Shown in pieces: positions 27,411 to 40,836 of a DNA stretch of 64,000 bases (position 1 is the stretch's first letter; each line of letters opens with the position of its first letter). The notes below the pieces were generated by a model. It did not search any database, had not been told where the DNA came from, and was given only the letters and a program-made list of their open reading frames with translations. The translations under genes and the position numbers were made by a program. Location of the stretch: positions 469,099,294 to 469,163,293 of the forward strand of contig NC_133618.1 in NCBI RefSeq assembly GCF_048593235.1, in the 5' to 3' direction. The DNA is from Sminthopsis crassicaudata. Taxonomy: Eukaryota.

Positions 27411-28088
27411 AGGAGGCTAGGGGGGAGGGGGAGACGGCAGCCGATGGATTGATGGGAAGGGGTTAATGGTAGGGAGAGATGTGGTTGGAGCTGTTCTGAT
27501 AATGTAGGATCATAAGATCATAGGATCACAGATTGTTAGAGCTGGGCGAAGCCTGAGAACACAGAATAGCAGAGCTAAGGTGTCCCTACCCCCGCCTCCC
27601 CTATTCCCACACCTTTATCTTACAGGTAAGGAAACTGAGATCCTTGTGTCCAAAGTCTCATAAGTACTAACTAGCAGATCCAATGCCAAATTAATTGTTC
27701 CTTCCATCACACGGTGCTCCTACTATCTGGCTTCCATGAGACGCCTTGCACTGACTGCCTACCGCAGCTCACCGGTCAAGACTTCTGGTTGGCCACATCA
27801 CCAAGGAGGTACTATGTCTCTAGTTCTGCAGAAAGGGGAAAGAAGGACAGAATAAAGGAGTTAAGTAGAGACCTGTTCCTACCACATCATCACCCCAGGC
27901 TGCAGCACCCTGCTTGGCTAGGTTCTGCCCCAGGTCCCAAGGTCAGTCCCACATGGCTTGGTGGCCAGAGATGCTTCCTTAGCTCATGTGCACATATCTC
28001 CATAGGCATAAATGTTCTGCCAACTAGATATGTGTGCAAGTCTGCTCAAGAATCAAAGTATTTTCTTTGAGAGTCAGTCTTTCTGAGG

Positions 28089-28128
<40 letters not shown>

Positions 28129-30777
28129 CCGCCCATTTTGGGCAAAAGTGAACTCAGGCAGATTGTGGCTTGGGATCAGTACGTAAATGAAATGAGACAC
28201 CTACCAACTACACAATATCTGAGAAAAGTAAACATTTGCAGCAGGATCCTGGAAAGGACATTTAGCAGAGATGTAGCATCCACTGTCTGGAGCTCTCCTA
28301 CCTCCACATTTCCACAATGGCCAGTTCACACAAAAGGGTTAAGTCTCTCAAGCTCAGGTGCTGCATTTTTGTGCCATACCTGGATCCGAGCCTAGATTTA
28401 GAGGGAATCTTTGTCTTTTGTACTAGAAGATAATCTCATTGCCTTTTCAGGGGGAAAAATTTAGTTCATGTGGTAAGGTCTTTCTAGTTTTAGACCATGG
28501 GGGGTGAGTTTCTAATTGTGCAATGGATCCCAACTAGATTAATGATATCTATTGTTCCTACTGCTTCATGTATGTGCACATATATGTCTGTATTAAGACC
28601 AGAATCTATGTGAGATCTTACACCTGCCTATGTGTGCTTGTAAGGGTCAATCTGGGAGAGAATGTGCAAAGAAAATATTTGTGTTAGGATCAGCATGTAT
28701 ATGAGGGTCAATGGGTGTATTTTTACATGAGGATATGTTTATTTATACTTCATGCATCTCTGTGAGTGAGACTCTGGGATGGTGATTGGCAATAAGCTGC
28801 AAATTTAGGGCCAAAAGCTAGGATGTGAGAGTGGGGACGTGATTTGAAGAATCTAGTAGCCAATGCTCAAGAAGTCAGAGGAGTTCGAAGGTAGGGGATG
28901 CAGAGTATTCAGACACTGAGGGCCCAAGCAAGGCCATAAGGAGACCCTAAGGGGAAGGCACCGGAGCCAAATTAAAGAGGTGAACAAAAGTTAGAAGTCA
29001 AGCAAATAGGTAGAATCTGGGAAGACAAGGATCTAGGGGACAGAGCATGCCAGGGGTCAAAAGCCTAAGAAGGAGGAACAGAAGAGCTGCGGTTGGGCAG
29101 GGCAGGTAGGGTAGGGAGAAGCAACCCCAAGCACAGGGAACAGCAAGAGCAGAGTAAACACCCTTTCTCTCAAACAGGGAACATTTATCCTTTGGGGCAG
29201 GCTACAAACCCATCTCTAAGCATGGGTAGCTCCTCCCCGATATTGAAGAGGGAAGAGACAAAAAGGAAGGTAGCTGCTGACCAGGACCAATGCATTTATA
29301 GGGACTAAGGGTACGTGTGCATGGGATACGGATATGAGTGCATGCACCTGCCTTTATGGACATGGGTGTATATTGCAATGAGATTACACGTGTGCTTATT
29401 TGAATATATGCTAACATGTTAATTGTGCTTTATGTACCTGCATGTATATTTGTGTGTTTATATATGTAAATAGGTTAACAAAACCTGACAACCAGCACCA
29501 TTCCAAAGTGGAAAGAGAAATTCTTCTGGGAAACTTTCCCATAACAAAAGTGTTTAAGAAAGGTCATACATGATGGATGCTCTAAAGGAAAGTCCTAATT
29601 TTCCTGCTATAAATGCCTTCTGAAGTTCTTTCTAACTCAGAGATTCTGAGAGAATGATTCAAAAGCCTGATGGAAAGAATTCTAGACCAAGTGAAGAAAA
29701 GATTGAAAGCTTTTCCCAAAGCTGAACTCAACATCTGTCTTCTGGTCTTATGATTACTTGATACATAAATGATCTTTACTTTTCACCCTTCATAAGTTAT
29801 TATGAATTAATCTTAGAATGAAGTGCTGTCCTGCCAACTTTACTGCAATGTGGTACTAGAGATGGAATATTATGTCCAAGGCTGCATCTTCCAAGAAAGA
29901 GCTACAACCTCTAGGAGGGGCTGGTGGTATATCATTTAATGGAAAGAGTTCTAAATTAGAAGCCAAGAGAATGGGGTTCTGGTTCTACCTTTGCCACTTC
30001 ACTGGGAAAGTCACATCCCTTATCAGAGTCTCCATTTTCTTATTTATGAAGTGGAGAAATTAGGTTGGCACTCAGTGATCACCATTTCCTTTTCCAGATA
30101 TTTGTAAACTGTCTCCTTAATATCATGTTTTTAAAATTTGTCTAGCCACTAAAGTCAAGCTCTTATAGGATAATTCTTATGACAATTAGCTGAAAGAGTA
30201 TAGGAACATTCCAAAAAGTTGAAGAAAAGAAAACTGATTCTGAAAGAACAGTTGGGTTCTTTGATGACTAGGAGGTTCTCAAAAAGCTGTTCTGAAGTTG
30301 TAATAGCAAATACATTATGATGAGCAAGAAAAAGGGGAAATCCCTAAAGAAAAGGTTATGGCTGCATAGGGAGCTCTCTGCTAAGTTTGGATTTTTAAAA
30401 ACTATACATAAAATGTGGAGGAAATAAGGGCAGGCAATTTGATGACACATGGGCATAATCTTGTAAGAATATTGTCAGGAACACTATAGCTACACATATA
30501 GAACACATATAGCCTATGGATACTAAGGAAATAAAAAGTTTTTTTAAAAGTTATGATAAAATTAAGTTATAGGTAGTAGGAGGAAAATTAGAAAAAGACT
30601 ACCACAAGAGAGTAATGAAATGATAATGATAGAAAACAAAGACAAGGTTGGACTATTTAAATTCTTTTTTGTTTGTTTAGTTTTTCCTGTCAAGAACAAT
30701 GATTCTCAGATTGGAAAGAAAAAAAGAGAGGGAAGGAACTGGAATCTAAAGATAAAATTCAAAAAAAGCTTCCCTGA

Positions 30778-30980
30778 AGCGAATGTAAATTGTTAGCACT
30801 ACTGTCTATCTACCCAGGTTACTTATACCTTCGGAAGCTAATAATTAATGTGCAACAAGAAAATGGTATTTACACACATATATTGTATCTAGGTTATATT
30901 GTAACACATGTAAAACATATGGGGTTACCTGCCATCGGGGGGAGGGAGTGGAGGGAGGGAGGGGATAATTTGGAAAAATG

Positions 30981-31006
<26 letters not shown>
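30778..31006 (+). mobile_element. Very short L1 3' end with long poly-A
   Basis: Near-identical to the 3'UTR of the L1 at ~19380-19590; TSD AAAAAAGCTTCCCTGA on both sides (ending 30777 and 31023). Confidence 0.92.
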
Positions 31007-31016
<10 letters not shown>

Positions 31017-31059
31017 TCCCTGACCTCAGTGAATTTAAGTCACAAGAAAGGCTCTATTA

Positions 31060-31385
31060 AACTACATTCCAGGACATGAAAAAAAAACTGACGGATGTGG
31101 TTATTAACTCACTGAGGGTGATTTCTATAAAATTGTAAAGAATAAGAGAAGTCTAGCAGAACCAGAAATTAGCAAATATTGTTCAAATGTTCAAATATGC
31201 AAAGAAGATAAGCCTACAAGATCAAATTTAATTCCTGGTGGAATTCTAGAACATTTCATTAAGGGTATGGTTTGTGGGGCTTTACAAAGATATGTGGTAA
31301 TTACCAAGAACCAATGTGGATTCATCAAGAATAAGTCAAGACAGATAAACCTTATTTTATTTTCTTTTCTTTTCTTTTTCTTTTC

Positions 31386-31422
<37 letters not shown>

Positions 31423-31620
31423 TTTTTTTTTTTAGCAGTTAAGAGCTGTGAATTGAAGAAATGCTAAAGATACAATATAATTGGCTTTCTTCAAGGTATT
31501 TGTGGATAAGATTAGTGAGACATGATCTAGATAATAATATGTATTTGGACCTTGTTGAATGACTAAGTCCAAAGATTAAAGAGTGATATAAAACTAGGAC
31601 CATTACAGTGGTCCTAAAAT
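31060..31620 (+). mobile_element. CR1/L3 RT fragment interrupted by (TTTTC)n/Tn
   Basis: accaagaaccaatgtggattcatcaagaataagtcaagacagataaacctt is the L3 RT motif region. Confidence 0.7.
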
Positions 31621-31900
31621 CATAGGATTTGGAATTAAAAAAAAAAAAATTGAGATGAATATAAGGCACCCACTATTTTTTTAGATGGGTAGAAATTTCA
31701 TATTTACAAAGTCACTGATCCATCAAAATGTCAAAGTAAATATTCTCAGCAAGGATTTTTTTGGGGGAAATTGATACATTTCATAATTTAAAAAAACCTC
31801 AAGGCAGTTTTTAGTTGGGATGCTTTCTAAATAACTATATTAATTTCATTTTTGAGCATTTAGGAATTTTGATTATGACAATATACAAATTAAAGTAATT

Positions 31901-32047
31901 CCCCCCCCCCTTTTTCTGAGGCTGGGGTTAAGTGACTTGCCCAGGGTCACACAGCTAGGAAGTATTAAATGTCTGAGACTAGATTTGAACTCGGGTCCTC
32001 CTGAATTCAAGGCTGGTGCTCTATCCACTGCGCCACCTAGCTGCCCC
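31901..32047 (-). mobile_element. Young WSINE1-type SINE
   Basis: Same body as the 6497-6671 copy; 10-bp TSD TAAAGTAATT at 31891-31900 and 32048-32057; tail reads C10T5 on the plus strand. Confidence 0.92.
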
Positions 32048-32449
32048 TAAAGTAATTTTTGTAATAAATGTCTGACGTTCCTGTCAGAATATTAACGAAA
32101 TAATTTTGATAATGAATCACATGTAGAAAGGATAAAGCCTAAACTGATTTCAGGTGAAAAAGTGAATGTATTATGGGAATAGTTTCATGCCTTTAATTCT
32201 ATAATCAGTTAAAGAAATACTTTAATTCACAACTGAGCCTCTTCTTTGACTCATTTAGTTTAAACAAAAATATACCAAATGACCCTCTGTCAAACCTAAG
32301 GAACAGAAGATCAAGAGTATCAGTACTACTAGAGGAACAACCTGAGGAACTATCTACTACATTTGAATAAGATTATTGGAGACAGAGGTTAAGCAACTTA
32401 TATGTAGGTATGTAAACAGTAGTGAAGTTAAGATTTAAATACAGATCTT

Positions 32450-33330
32450 TAGAAAAAAAAAAAGTGACAGGACTCAATCTTTGTCCCTGTTCTATTTAAC
32501 ATTGTTTTATCAATGTCTTATATGATAGAATATTTCTCAAATTTGTGAGCAGTGAATGTTGGGTTTTGGAATTGGAATTAGAAAAGATTTATAAAGGCTA
32601 AAGTTATCAGTAGAATATAGTAAGATGAACTATTATAGAGATAAATGTAAAGAACTATATTTTAGTTCAAATAATCAACTGTACAGTACATTTCAAGAGG
32701 CATGGATAAAATGTAATAACACGTTCAAAGAACTGGTCATTGATTCCAGAGTAAGCTCAATATAAGGTAACAGTACGAATAACACAATATGAAAGCCTAC
32801 TATTCCCCCCCACAAAAAAGGAAAAACATTATGTCATTAAGAAAAACATTATATAATTAAGAAGGTCCAACTGCCCAGAATGAGAGGGATAACCCTGCTG
32901 TGAGCTGCTCTGGTTAGACCAAATCTGATATAGTAAGTCTAGCTTTGGGTAGCACAATCTAGGAGGGAAACTATAGTATATCCATAGGAAGGTGACCAAG
33001 ATGATGAGGATTGAGTAAAGGAAGCAGGAATGTTTGACCTGAAGAAGAGAGGACATGGAGAGGTAGCAGAAAGGAGGAGGCATGATAACATATTCAAATA
33101 AGAGATTAGACAATTCTACTTAGCTTTAAGATCAGAACTTGGCCAAAGGTTTGAAGTTATAAGTAGGCTCAATAATTGGGAATAACTGACTAATAATTTT
33201 AGAACTGTCTAAAAGTAGATTGACTATCTCAGGATGTAATGAGTTCTCCTCACTGAAATTCTTCAAGAGAAGAATGAGTGACCAGAGGATTCCAGCCCAG
33301 TCTGAGTTGTGAATTAAGTGGCTTTCAAGG
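32450..33330 (+). mobile_element. CR1/L3 3' region
   Basis: atctttgtccctgttctatttaacatt...tggttagaccaaatctga...gggtagcacaatctagg...aggaatgtttgacctgaagaagaga...ttccagcccagtctgag. Confidence 0.75.
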
Positions 33331-34729
33331 TTGCTTCCTATTTTGAGACTATCCAAATCATGTTGAGACTTTTTATAGCTGAATTTCATAAGGAGATGCA
33401 TGTGTGTGGAGGGGGGTTAGTTACCACTGGACTTTAGGGGTTACTAACTTTTTGGAGGTTCTGGGTCACAAATAACCCTCCCTAGCCACTCAGTTTCTTC
33501 AACCAAACCCCAAATCCTCTAACAAGAGTCAGTAAATACTTCCAGAGTCTTAAGGATAGTTAAGTAGCAAACTATCTGTTGATAATAAAATTTGCTTGCC
33601 TCTCACAGATATCCAATTTGCTTACTATCCAAAGAAAAGAATTGGGTGTCTGCCTCTGAAATTGTTTTAATCTCTGCCAGAGAATGCTTCTGGCAGAGTT
33701 TTTCAACTGGAAAATAGGAAATGAATTAGAAACAATAGAAGAATGTGAATAATCTAGCTTAAGATGTTTGATCTTGGAGATGAGATGAAGTTTAAATCGA
33801 TTTCCTAGTTCATGGCTACAGGCCAGAAGCAGGTAGAAGAAAGAAGTGTATGTAGGGGAGCCATAAGATTATAAGATGTTAGAGCCAGAGGAAACCTTAT
33901 TGCAAAGAATGTTAAGGCTGGAAAGGGTTTTAGAACAAAGAATAATGGAATTTAGAAATTAGAATTCTAGAAGGTACCCTAGAACAAAGAAAGTTGGAAC
34001 TTGGAACATAACATCTAGAAGTGACTTTAGAATAAAAGTAGTCTTGGGAAGTCTTTCATTTGAAGGATGAGGATTTTGAGGCAGAGAAGACTGAGGTGAC
34101 TTGAACAAGGTCATACACCTAGTTTTTGTAGAGCCAGGATTAAAGCTAATTCTTCTGACTGTCAGTGCTCTTTCCATTGTGCTATGCAGCCCCCTGCTGG
34201 CCTCCCTTGGCCCCCATTCTTCACCCACAGAGATACAAATGATCTTCACAGGTGGGTACTTTGTTTCCATGATGGGAAAATGCTCATTGGGTCCAGTCCT
34301 ACTCCAATTCAGTCCTGACTTCTCACCAAAAATGGGGGCAGTGGAGGCGTGTGTCTTGGAAACACTGAGAGTAACAGGAGAAGAGAGAGACAGGAAGGCA
34401 GAGCTGGAAAGAGACATAGGACACAAAGAAGAGTTAAAATAATGCATCCCCTTTCTCTGTTTACAGAACTGGGGGAAAATGGGTGTAGGACATTGCCCAT
34501 ACCATCAGACATGATTGATATATTGATTAATTTGCAAAATTACCTTTCTCTCATTTCTTTTTAAATCTTTGTTTCAAATGAATGCTGGGCAGAGAAGAAA
34601 GGATACTTAAATGGGGATGATGTAAAAAAATTTTTTTTTCAAAAAGAAAAGAAATTTGGTGTTAATTAGGGAACTCCTGGGTTCATAATCAGAAAACTCC
34701 TTTTTATCATCACTCCTAATCACACATTC

Positions 34730-34970
34730 TGGAGGCAGTGAGGTGGCCCAGTGGATAGAATACAGTTCCTAGAATCAAGAAGACTTATCTTTATGAGTTC
34801 AAATCTACCCCCAGACATTTTTTAGTTGTGTAATCCTGGGCAAGTCATTTAATCCAGTTTGCCTCAGTTTCCTCATCTATAAAATGAGCTGAAGAAGGAA
34901 AAGGTTAACCAATAAAGAATCACAATTGGGGTCACAAGGAATCAGACATAATCAACAACAACAAACAAAA
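34730..34970 (+). mobile_element. Mar1/MIR-family SINE
   Basis: ggcagtgaggtggcccagtggataga...gcctcagtttcctcatctataaaatgagctgaagaaggaaa; similar copies at ~37030-37262, ~38815-39050 (-), ~54645-54890, ~57640-57872, ~58375-58600 (-) and ~59755-59925. Confidence 0.85.
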
Positions 34971-35390
34971 ACTATTACATATTCCTGGGGCCCTGGATCA
35001 CCCTGTGCCTAGATCCTTGGATCTTTTCTCTAAATCTCACTGAAATCACCTTTACCTTAGGCTCTATCAGATTCTCCAAAGACTCAATGAGCTTTCTTTT
35101 TTGTAGCTGAATCAAAGCAAACCACACTCTCATTACACATCTACATTTCCATGTCCACATATGTTCCCTCATACTTTCTAAACATACAACCAACAAATAC
35201 CAGCTCTGAGGCTATTTTCTGATGCCCTTATGTGGACACTGAAAATAACAAACACCTGTTTGGCTACCATTTACCCTCAAGCCTAGGGTACATCACTTCC
35301 ATTCCATTTTAGCACCTTCACATCCTTCTCACATACTCCTCTAAGCCCTCCCTTCTCCTGCTTCTTCCTGCTTTAGAAAGAATTTGTACA

Positions 35391-35439
<49 letters not shown>

Positions 35440-37711
35440 ACACACACGTATATATACATATATTTGGAGAGGGAAACAGAGTGAGACAGAGAAAGGCATA
35501 CACAGAGAAAATTGGAGATCATCTTAGAGGAAAGTCAATGAAATTTAGGAGTGCTTGGAAATGCTTCTGGATTCTTGAAGAAGCTTCTTGCAGGCTTCTT
35601 GGATCTTTAGCTGAGATTTGGAAGACAACAGAGAAGCGAGGAAATGAAGATAATGAGAGAGAGTGTCCAGGAATGGGGTAAAGTCAGTAAAAACACTCCG
35701 AGTCCAGGAAAATGAAGGATGGTATTTGAAGAAGGGCAAGATCACTGGATCTTAGAGTACTTGGAAAGAAGTAAGAAGATCGAAAAATAAGAAATGGTTT
35801 TAAAAATCCAAACAGGAGATTTTATATCTGATGCTATGATTAATAGGAAACCATTAGAGTTGATAGGGCTAACACGGCCAAATCTGTGCTTTAGGAAAAT
35901 CCCTCTGATAGCTGAGTGGAGGACGTATTGGAGAAAGATGAGGTGCAAGATAGGGCAACCAATCTATTATTGCAATAGTCAAATGAGCTACCCTTGAGTA
36001 TGGCTGTATCAGATTAAAATATAATTGGGAAATATTTAGCAAAATAAATAAAAATTCAGTAGAACAGAGAAAATTTTATATGTAGTTTTCTAAATCAATA
36101 TGGAGCCTTGAAGGCTTTTTATGTTGGGGTTAGTGACCCGGGTTTGGTTCACCCTGTATCTCTCTTGCTGCATTGCTAACCAGTAGTCATTCAGACTCTT
36201 CCTGAGGTAAGGGGAACCCATCACCTCTTGAAACATCTCAATTTACTTTCAAGTTGTGTCAGTTATTTGGAAACTTCCTTCTATGGAGTTGAAATCTATC
36301 TCTCTGCAATTTCTATACTCTGTTCTTAGTTATACCTTCTAGGGCCAAGTTGAATAAGCTCAATCTTTTTCCCATGGACAACCCTTCAAATATTCGAAGA
36401 CAGTTTTCATATCCACTTCCCCAAGTCCTTTGTTCCAGAGGCAAAATGCCTCTAGTTCCTTCCACCTGTTTTCTTATGGTCTTCTACAAGAAACAGGAGG
36501 AGATTTTTTTCAGTAGTTAGAGAAATTAGAGGATATGCTAGGAGAATAGAAGTCGATAAAGCAGCCGAATCTCATCTCTAGAAGTGGCTCATTACAAGAT
36601 AGCACCGAATGAACAAAGATCTATAAACCAGCAGAGTCCTTGTTCCAGGAGCAGCTAATTATAAGATAGCAGAGGTGTAGGGTTCACTGACTGAGCAAAG
36701 GGCTATAAACTAGAAGGAAAACTTGCCTTTTAAGACAAGTTTTGCAGGGGAAAGAAAGCCAGAGCAGAAGTCAAGGGCTCTAGGTTTTACTCTCCAGTTC
36801 TGCCACTGTTATTAGGTGACCACAAACAAGTGGTTTTCCCTTCTCTGAAAAATGAAGGGTCATGATCTCAAGGCCATTTTTAGTTCTCATTTTTGATATA
36901 TATGAAGGTCTTCCATAGATTGACTATTCTACTAATAAGAAGTGATTGGGAGCCCCAGGACAAATCAGTTTACCCCTCAGTACTCTCTATTCCACTCCTG
37001 ATTCTCCTTTCTCTGTCATTTCACGAGAGTAGCTAGGTGATCCTGTGAATAGAGTCTAGATTTAAGTTTGGAAAGGCACCTTCTCATGAATTCAAATCCA
37101 ACCTTAGACACTTACTAGCTGTGTGATCCTGGACAAGTCATTTAATCCTGTTTGCCTCAGTTTCCTCATCTGTGAAATGAGCTGGAGAAAGTAATGACAA
37201 ACCATTGCAATGCTAAGAAAATTCCAAATGGGGTCAAAAAGAGTCAGATGCACTGAAAATGACTCCCTTCATGTCACAGGAGACTTTTCATACTCTAACC
37301 TCTCTGGCCCCTTCTTTTAATTATCTAGCATCTCCCAGAATATCTGTTTTAAGGAAAGCATCCAGACTTATTATGTATTATAAACTCCTTGAGAGTAAAG
37401 ATTTCCTTCTTTCTTTCTTTATTTTTGGGTGTATGTTTCCAGTGCTCAGGACAGTGCCTGGCACATGTAGGTGCTTAATAAATGCTTATTGATTAGACTT
37501 GACTTAGGTTATGCTCCAAGGACATAAGTTTCAGAGAATGTGCTGATTTGCATTGGTAGAGGAAATATAATGAAAATGCAGGTTCAGTCCTTATTCTTAT
37601 GAATACAGATTCAATAAACATTTGTTATTAGAGAGACAGAGTGTTGTCATAGATAAAAAGCTGATCTTAGAACCCGAGAGACCTGGGTTTAAGTACTGCC
37701 TTAAAAATGGA

Positions 37712-38535
37712 TGCAAAAAAATATAAACAGGCAGTTTCCAGATGAAGAAATTAAAGCCATTTCTAGTCATATGAAAAAAAATACTCTAAATCGTTACTGA
37801 TTAGAGAAATACAAATTAAAACAACTCTGAGGTACCACTTTACATCTCTCAGATTGGCTAAGATGACAGGAAAAGATAATGATAAAAGTTGGAGAAGATG
37901 TGGGAAAATTGAAACACTAATATATTGGGGATGGAATTGTGAACTGATTCAACCATTCTGCAGTAATTTGGGGCTATGCCCAAAGGATTATAAAATTATG
38001 CATAACCTTTGATCCAGTAGTGCCACTACTGCATCTGTTCCCTAAAAGATAGTTTAAAAGGGGTGAAAATATTTATAGCAGCTCTTTTTATGGTGGCAAA
38101 AATTGGAAATGGAGGGGATGCTCATCAATTGGGGAATAGAACAAATTGTGGTATATGAATGTGATATTCTATGAAAAATGATGGACAGATTTTGGAAAAA
38201 CTTGGAAAGAATGACATGATCTGACACTAAGTGAAGTGAGCAGAACCAGAACAACATTGTACACAGTAACAGCAAGATTGTGATGATTATCTATGGTGGA
38301 CTTAAGTCTTCTCAGTTATGGAATGATCCAAAACAATTCCAGAGGGCTCATTATGGAAAATGATAACCACATCCAGAAAAATTACTTTGGGATTTGAGTG
38401 AAGATAGAAGTATAACTATTTTTACCTTTCTGTTTTTATTGTTTTTTTCTTTCTTTCTTTTGTTCTGAGTCTTCTTTCACAGTGTGACTAATGTGCAAAT
38501 ATTTGTAACTTGATTGTAAATGCATGATCTTAAAA
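37712..38535 (+). mobile_element. L1 ORF2 end plus 3'UTR (intermediate age)
   Basis: acaggcagtttccagatgaagaaattaaagcc...ctcagattggctaagatgacaggaaa...gaagtgagcagaaccagaacaacattg. Confidence 0.85.
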
Positions 38536-39984
38536 AAAATATTGATAGCGTGATCCTAGTCAAGTCCTTTAACCTTTCAGTGCTCCTGGGCAGCACTTTA
38601 GGAGTTTAAATGCAGACCCTATAGAAGTTTTTTCATCGCAGGGAGTTCCCCAGGCCAATGAAATAATGGGTCAAAACCCCCTCCAGTTCCATCTTTGTAC
38701 ATATTGGATACTTGACAAATACATAGATGAGTGATTTAGGCTTCTTTCTCAATAAGAAAGCCACATTCTAGGAGTGTAAACACCTGTCATGGATCCCATT
38801 TGGGAAGAGATTGGCATTATGTGTTGTTCAGTTATTTAGTCATGGATTTTTCTTGGCCTAAAATACTAGTGTGGTTTGCCATTTCCTTCTCCAGCTCGTT
38901 TTATGGAGGAGAAACTGGAAAGAAAAAAAAAGGAGTTAAGTGACTTGTCCAGGGTCATACAGCTAGTAAGAATCTGAGGCAGGATTTGAAAAATAAAGGC
39001 TTTTTTTACTCCAAGATGAGTATACTAACCACTATTCCACCTAGCTACAAAGGACAGACAGACAGACGGAAGGAGAGGAAGAGAGACAGACACAGACAGA
39101 CTCAGAGACGAGAGACAGACAGATACAAAGAGAGACCAACAAAAAAAAGAGAGAGAGAGAGAAAAGGGAGGGTAGATGATAATGTAATTAAATAGATTTA
39201 GTCAGTTAAATTACTAGATCTAAATAATTACAAAGCATATATTGTATTCAAATCACTCTGCTATAATGGGCTACATAAAGAGATAAAACTGTTTCGATCA
39301 TGGCAGAGCTTACATTCTATTAAGGGTAAAGAGTGTTTGTTAAGTTTTTTTTTTAAGTGTTTATCAAGTGTTTATTAAGTACCTAATATGTGCTAGGCAC
39401 TTTACAAATATTATATCATTGGATCTCCACAACAACCCTATGAGTTAGCCTATCTCCATTTCACAATTGAGGGAACAGGCAGAGGAAAAATGACTTATAC
39501 AGTCACACAGTAATGAGTATCAGAGTCCAGATTTGAATTCATGTCTTTCTGATTCCAGGCCTAGCTCTCTATCCACTGAATAATCCAGCTACCTTTAGTC
39601 TTGGGGGAGATATCTGATAAGATCACTGAAGGAAATAAGGTATTATAGAACACAGAGGTCAAGAGGTAGAGGGTGTCTTGGATCTTCACACATGTGAAGG
39701 CTCTTGGAAAATGCAATAGATAAAGAATTTGATTGCAATAGAAAGTGCCAGAAGAGACATTACATGTGATGAGGCTGGAAAAAGGAATGGGAGCTATATT
39801 ATAAAACACTTCAAAGGTCAGGCGAAAGATTTTGTACTTTATCCAAGAGCCAATAGGGAAGTAGTAAAATTTTGGGGAAGGGAAATAACATAATCAGGTC
39901 TTTTTTTTAGTAATATTAACTTGATAGTAGTGTAGAAGAAGGGTTTCTAATTTTAATTCCAAGAGGATGAATTTCTAGTGGAGT

Positions 39985-40312
39985 ATCCTAAAAATCTGTT
40001 ATTGACCTTGCACTGTTGACATTTTTTTAAAAAAATAATTTGGGTAAAAACATAGATGACATTTTATCAAATTTTCAGATGACGCAAAGGTAATACATTG
40101 ACAAGAGTTAGGATTTAAATAAACTACACCTAAATTGAATAAGAGCAAATGTAAAAATTCTACATATGGGACAAAAAAACTCAATGGCACATGTATAGGA
40201 CCAGGGAAGTTTAGTACACTACAGTTTGAATGAAAAGAATTAAGTTTGTGTATGTCTGTGTATGTGTTGTATATCTATGTGTACTATGAATTCCATAGTA
40301 GTCAACAATATG
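39985..40312 (+). mobile_element. CR1/L3 fragment, left part; split by the ERV and resuming at ~46185-46300
   Basis: ...gtagtcaacaatatgatat | ERV | ggcag...cattgtactttctggtcagataacatt follows the L3 consensus order (gtcaacagtgtgatgtggcag...ctggtcagaccacat). Confidence 0.7.
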
Positions 40313-40316
40313 ATAT

Positions 40317-40799
40317 TGATGGGGGTTGAGGTCCCTTTAAGATTCCTTTCTAATTGCCCAACCCATGGTTGACCTTGATTCACAAATCCTGGTCAAAGGC
40401 ATCCTTTGAATATCCGGACCCAGCCCCCTATCTGCTCAGCTTCCCTTAGCCCTTATCTGATCTGAGCTAACTGAAAAGCCCACCAAGAACTTGGGGGGTA
40501 CTGCCCATCATCTTCTAGGTATAAAAGAGCCGAGTTGGAACTCCCTCTTTGCAGGAGCCCTCCCACCAACACATGGTATCCTTCCAGCCATGTAAGGGTT
40601 CCTGCCCACCCAGCAGCCACCTCTGATCCTGGCGTCTTTCTAACTGAGCTTTATTTCCAAATTTCTACAATAAACCTTTTATTTATCAATCTACATTTGC
40701 AGGCCTGTAAATTCATTTACAGGGGACACTGTGCCTCATGGGATTATCTTACTATCTATGCACTGAGAAATGGGGTTCCTCCTTTCCTTTCCCTCATTA
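40317..40799 (+). mobile_element. 5' LTR
   Basis: Starts TGATG, ends CATTA; TATAAAA at 40520 and AATAAA at 40669. Confidence 0.92.
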
Positions 40800-40818
40800 G
40801 TTGGTGGCCCTCATTAGT

Positions 40819-40836
40819 TGGTGGCCTTCACGGGGG
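40819..40836 (+). promoter_or_regulatory. Primer-binding site, tRNA-Ile-like
   Basis: TGGTGGCCTTCACGGGGG versus the tRNA-Ile(AAU) complement TGGTGGCCCGTACGGGGA (14/18); a duplicated 5' part TGGTGGCCC lies at 40802-40810. Confidence 0.7.

Noticed and set aside
33959-34447. 162-aa ORF
   Set aside because: Passes through MIR-derived sequence; no homology recognised.
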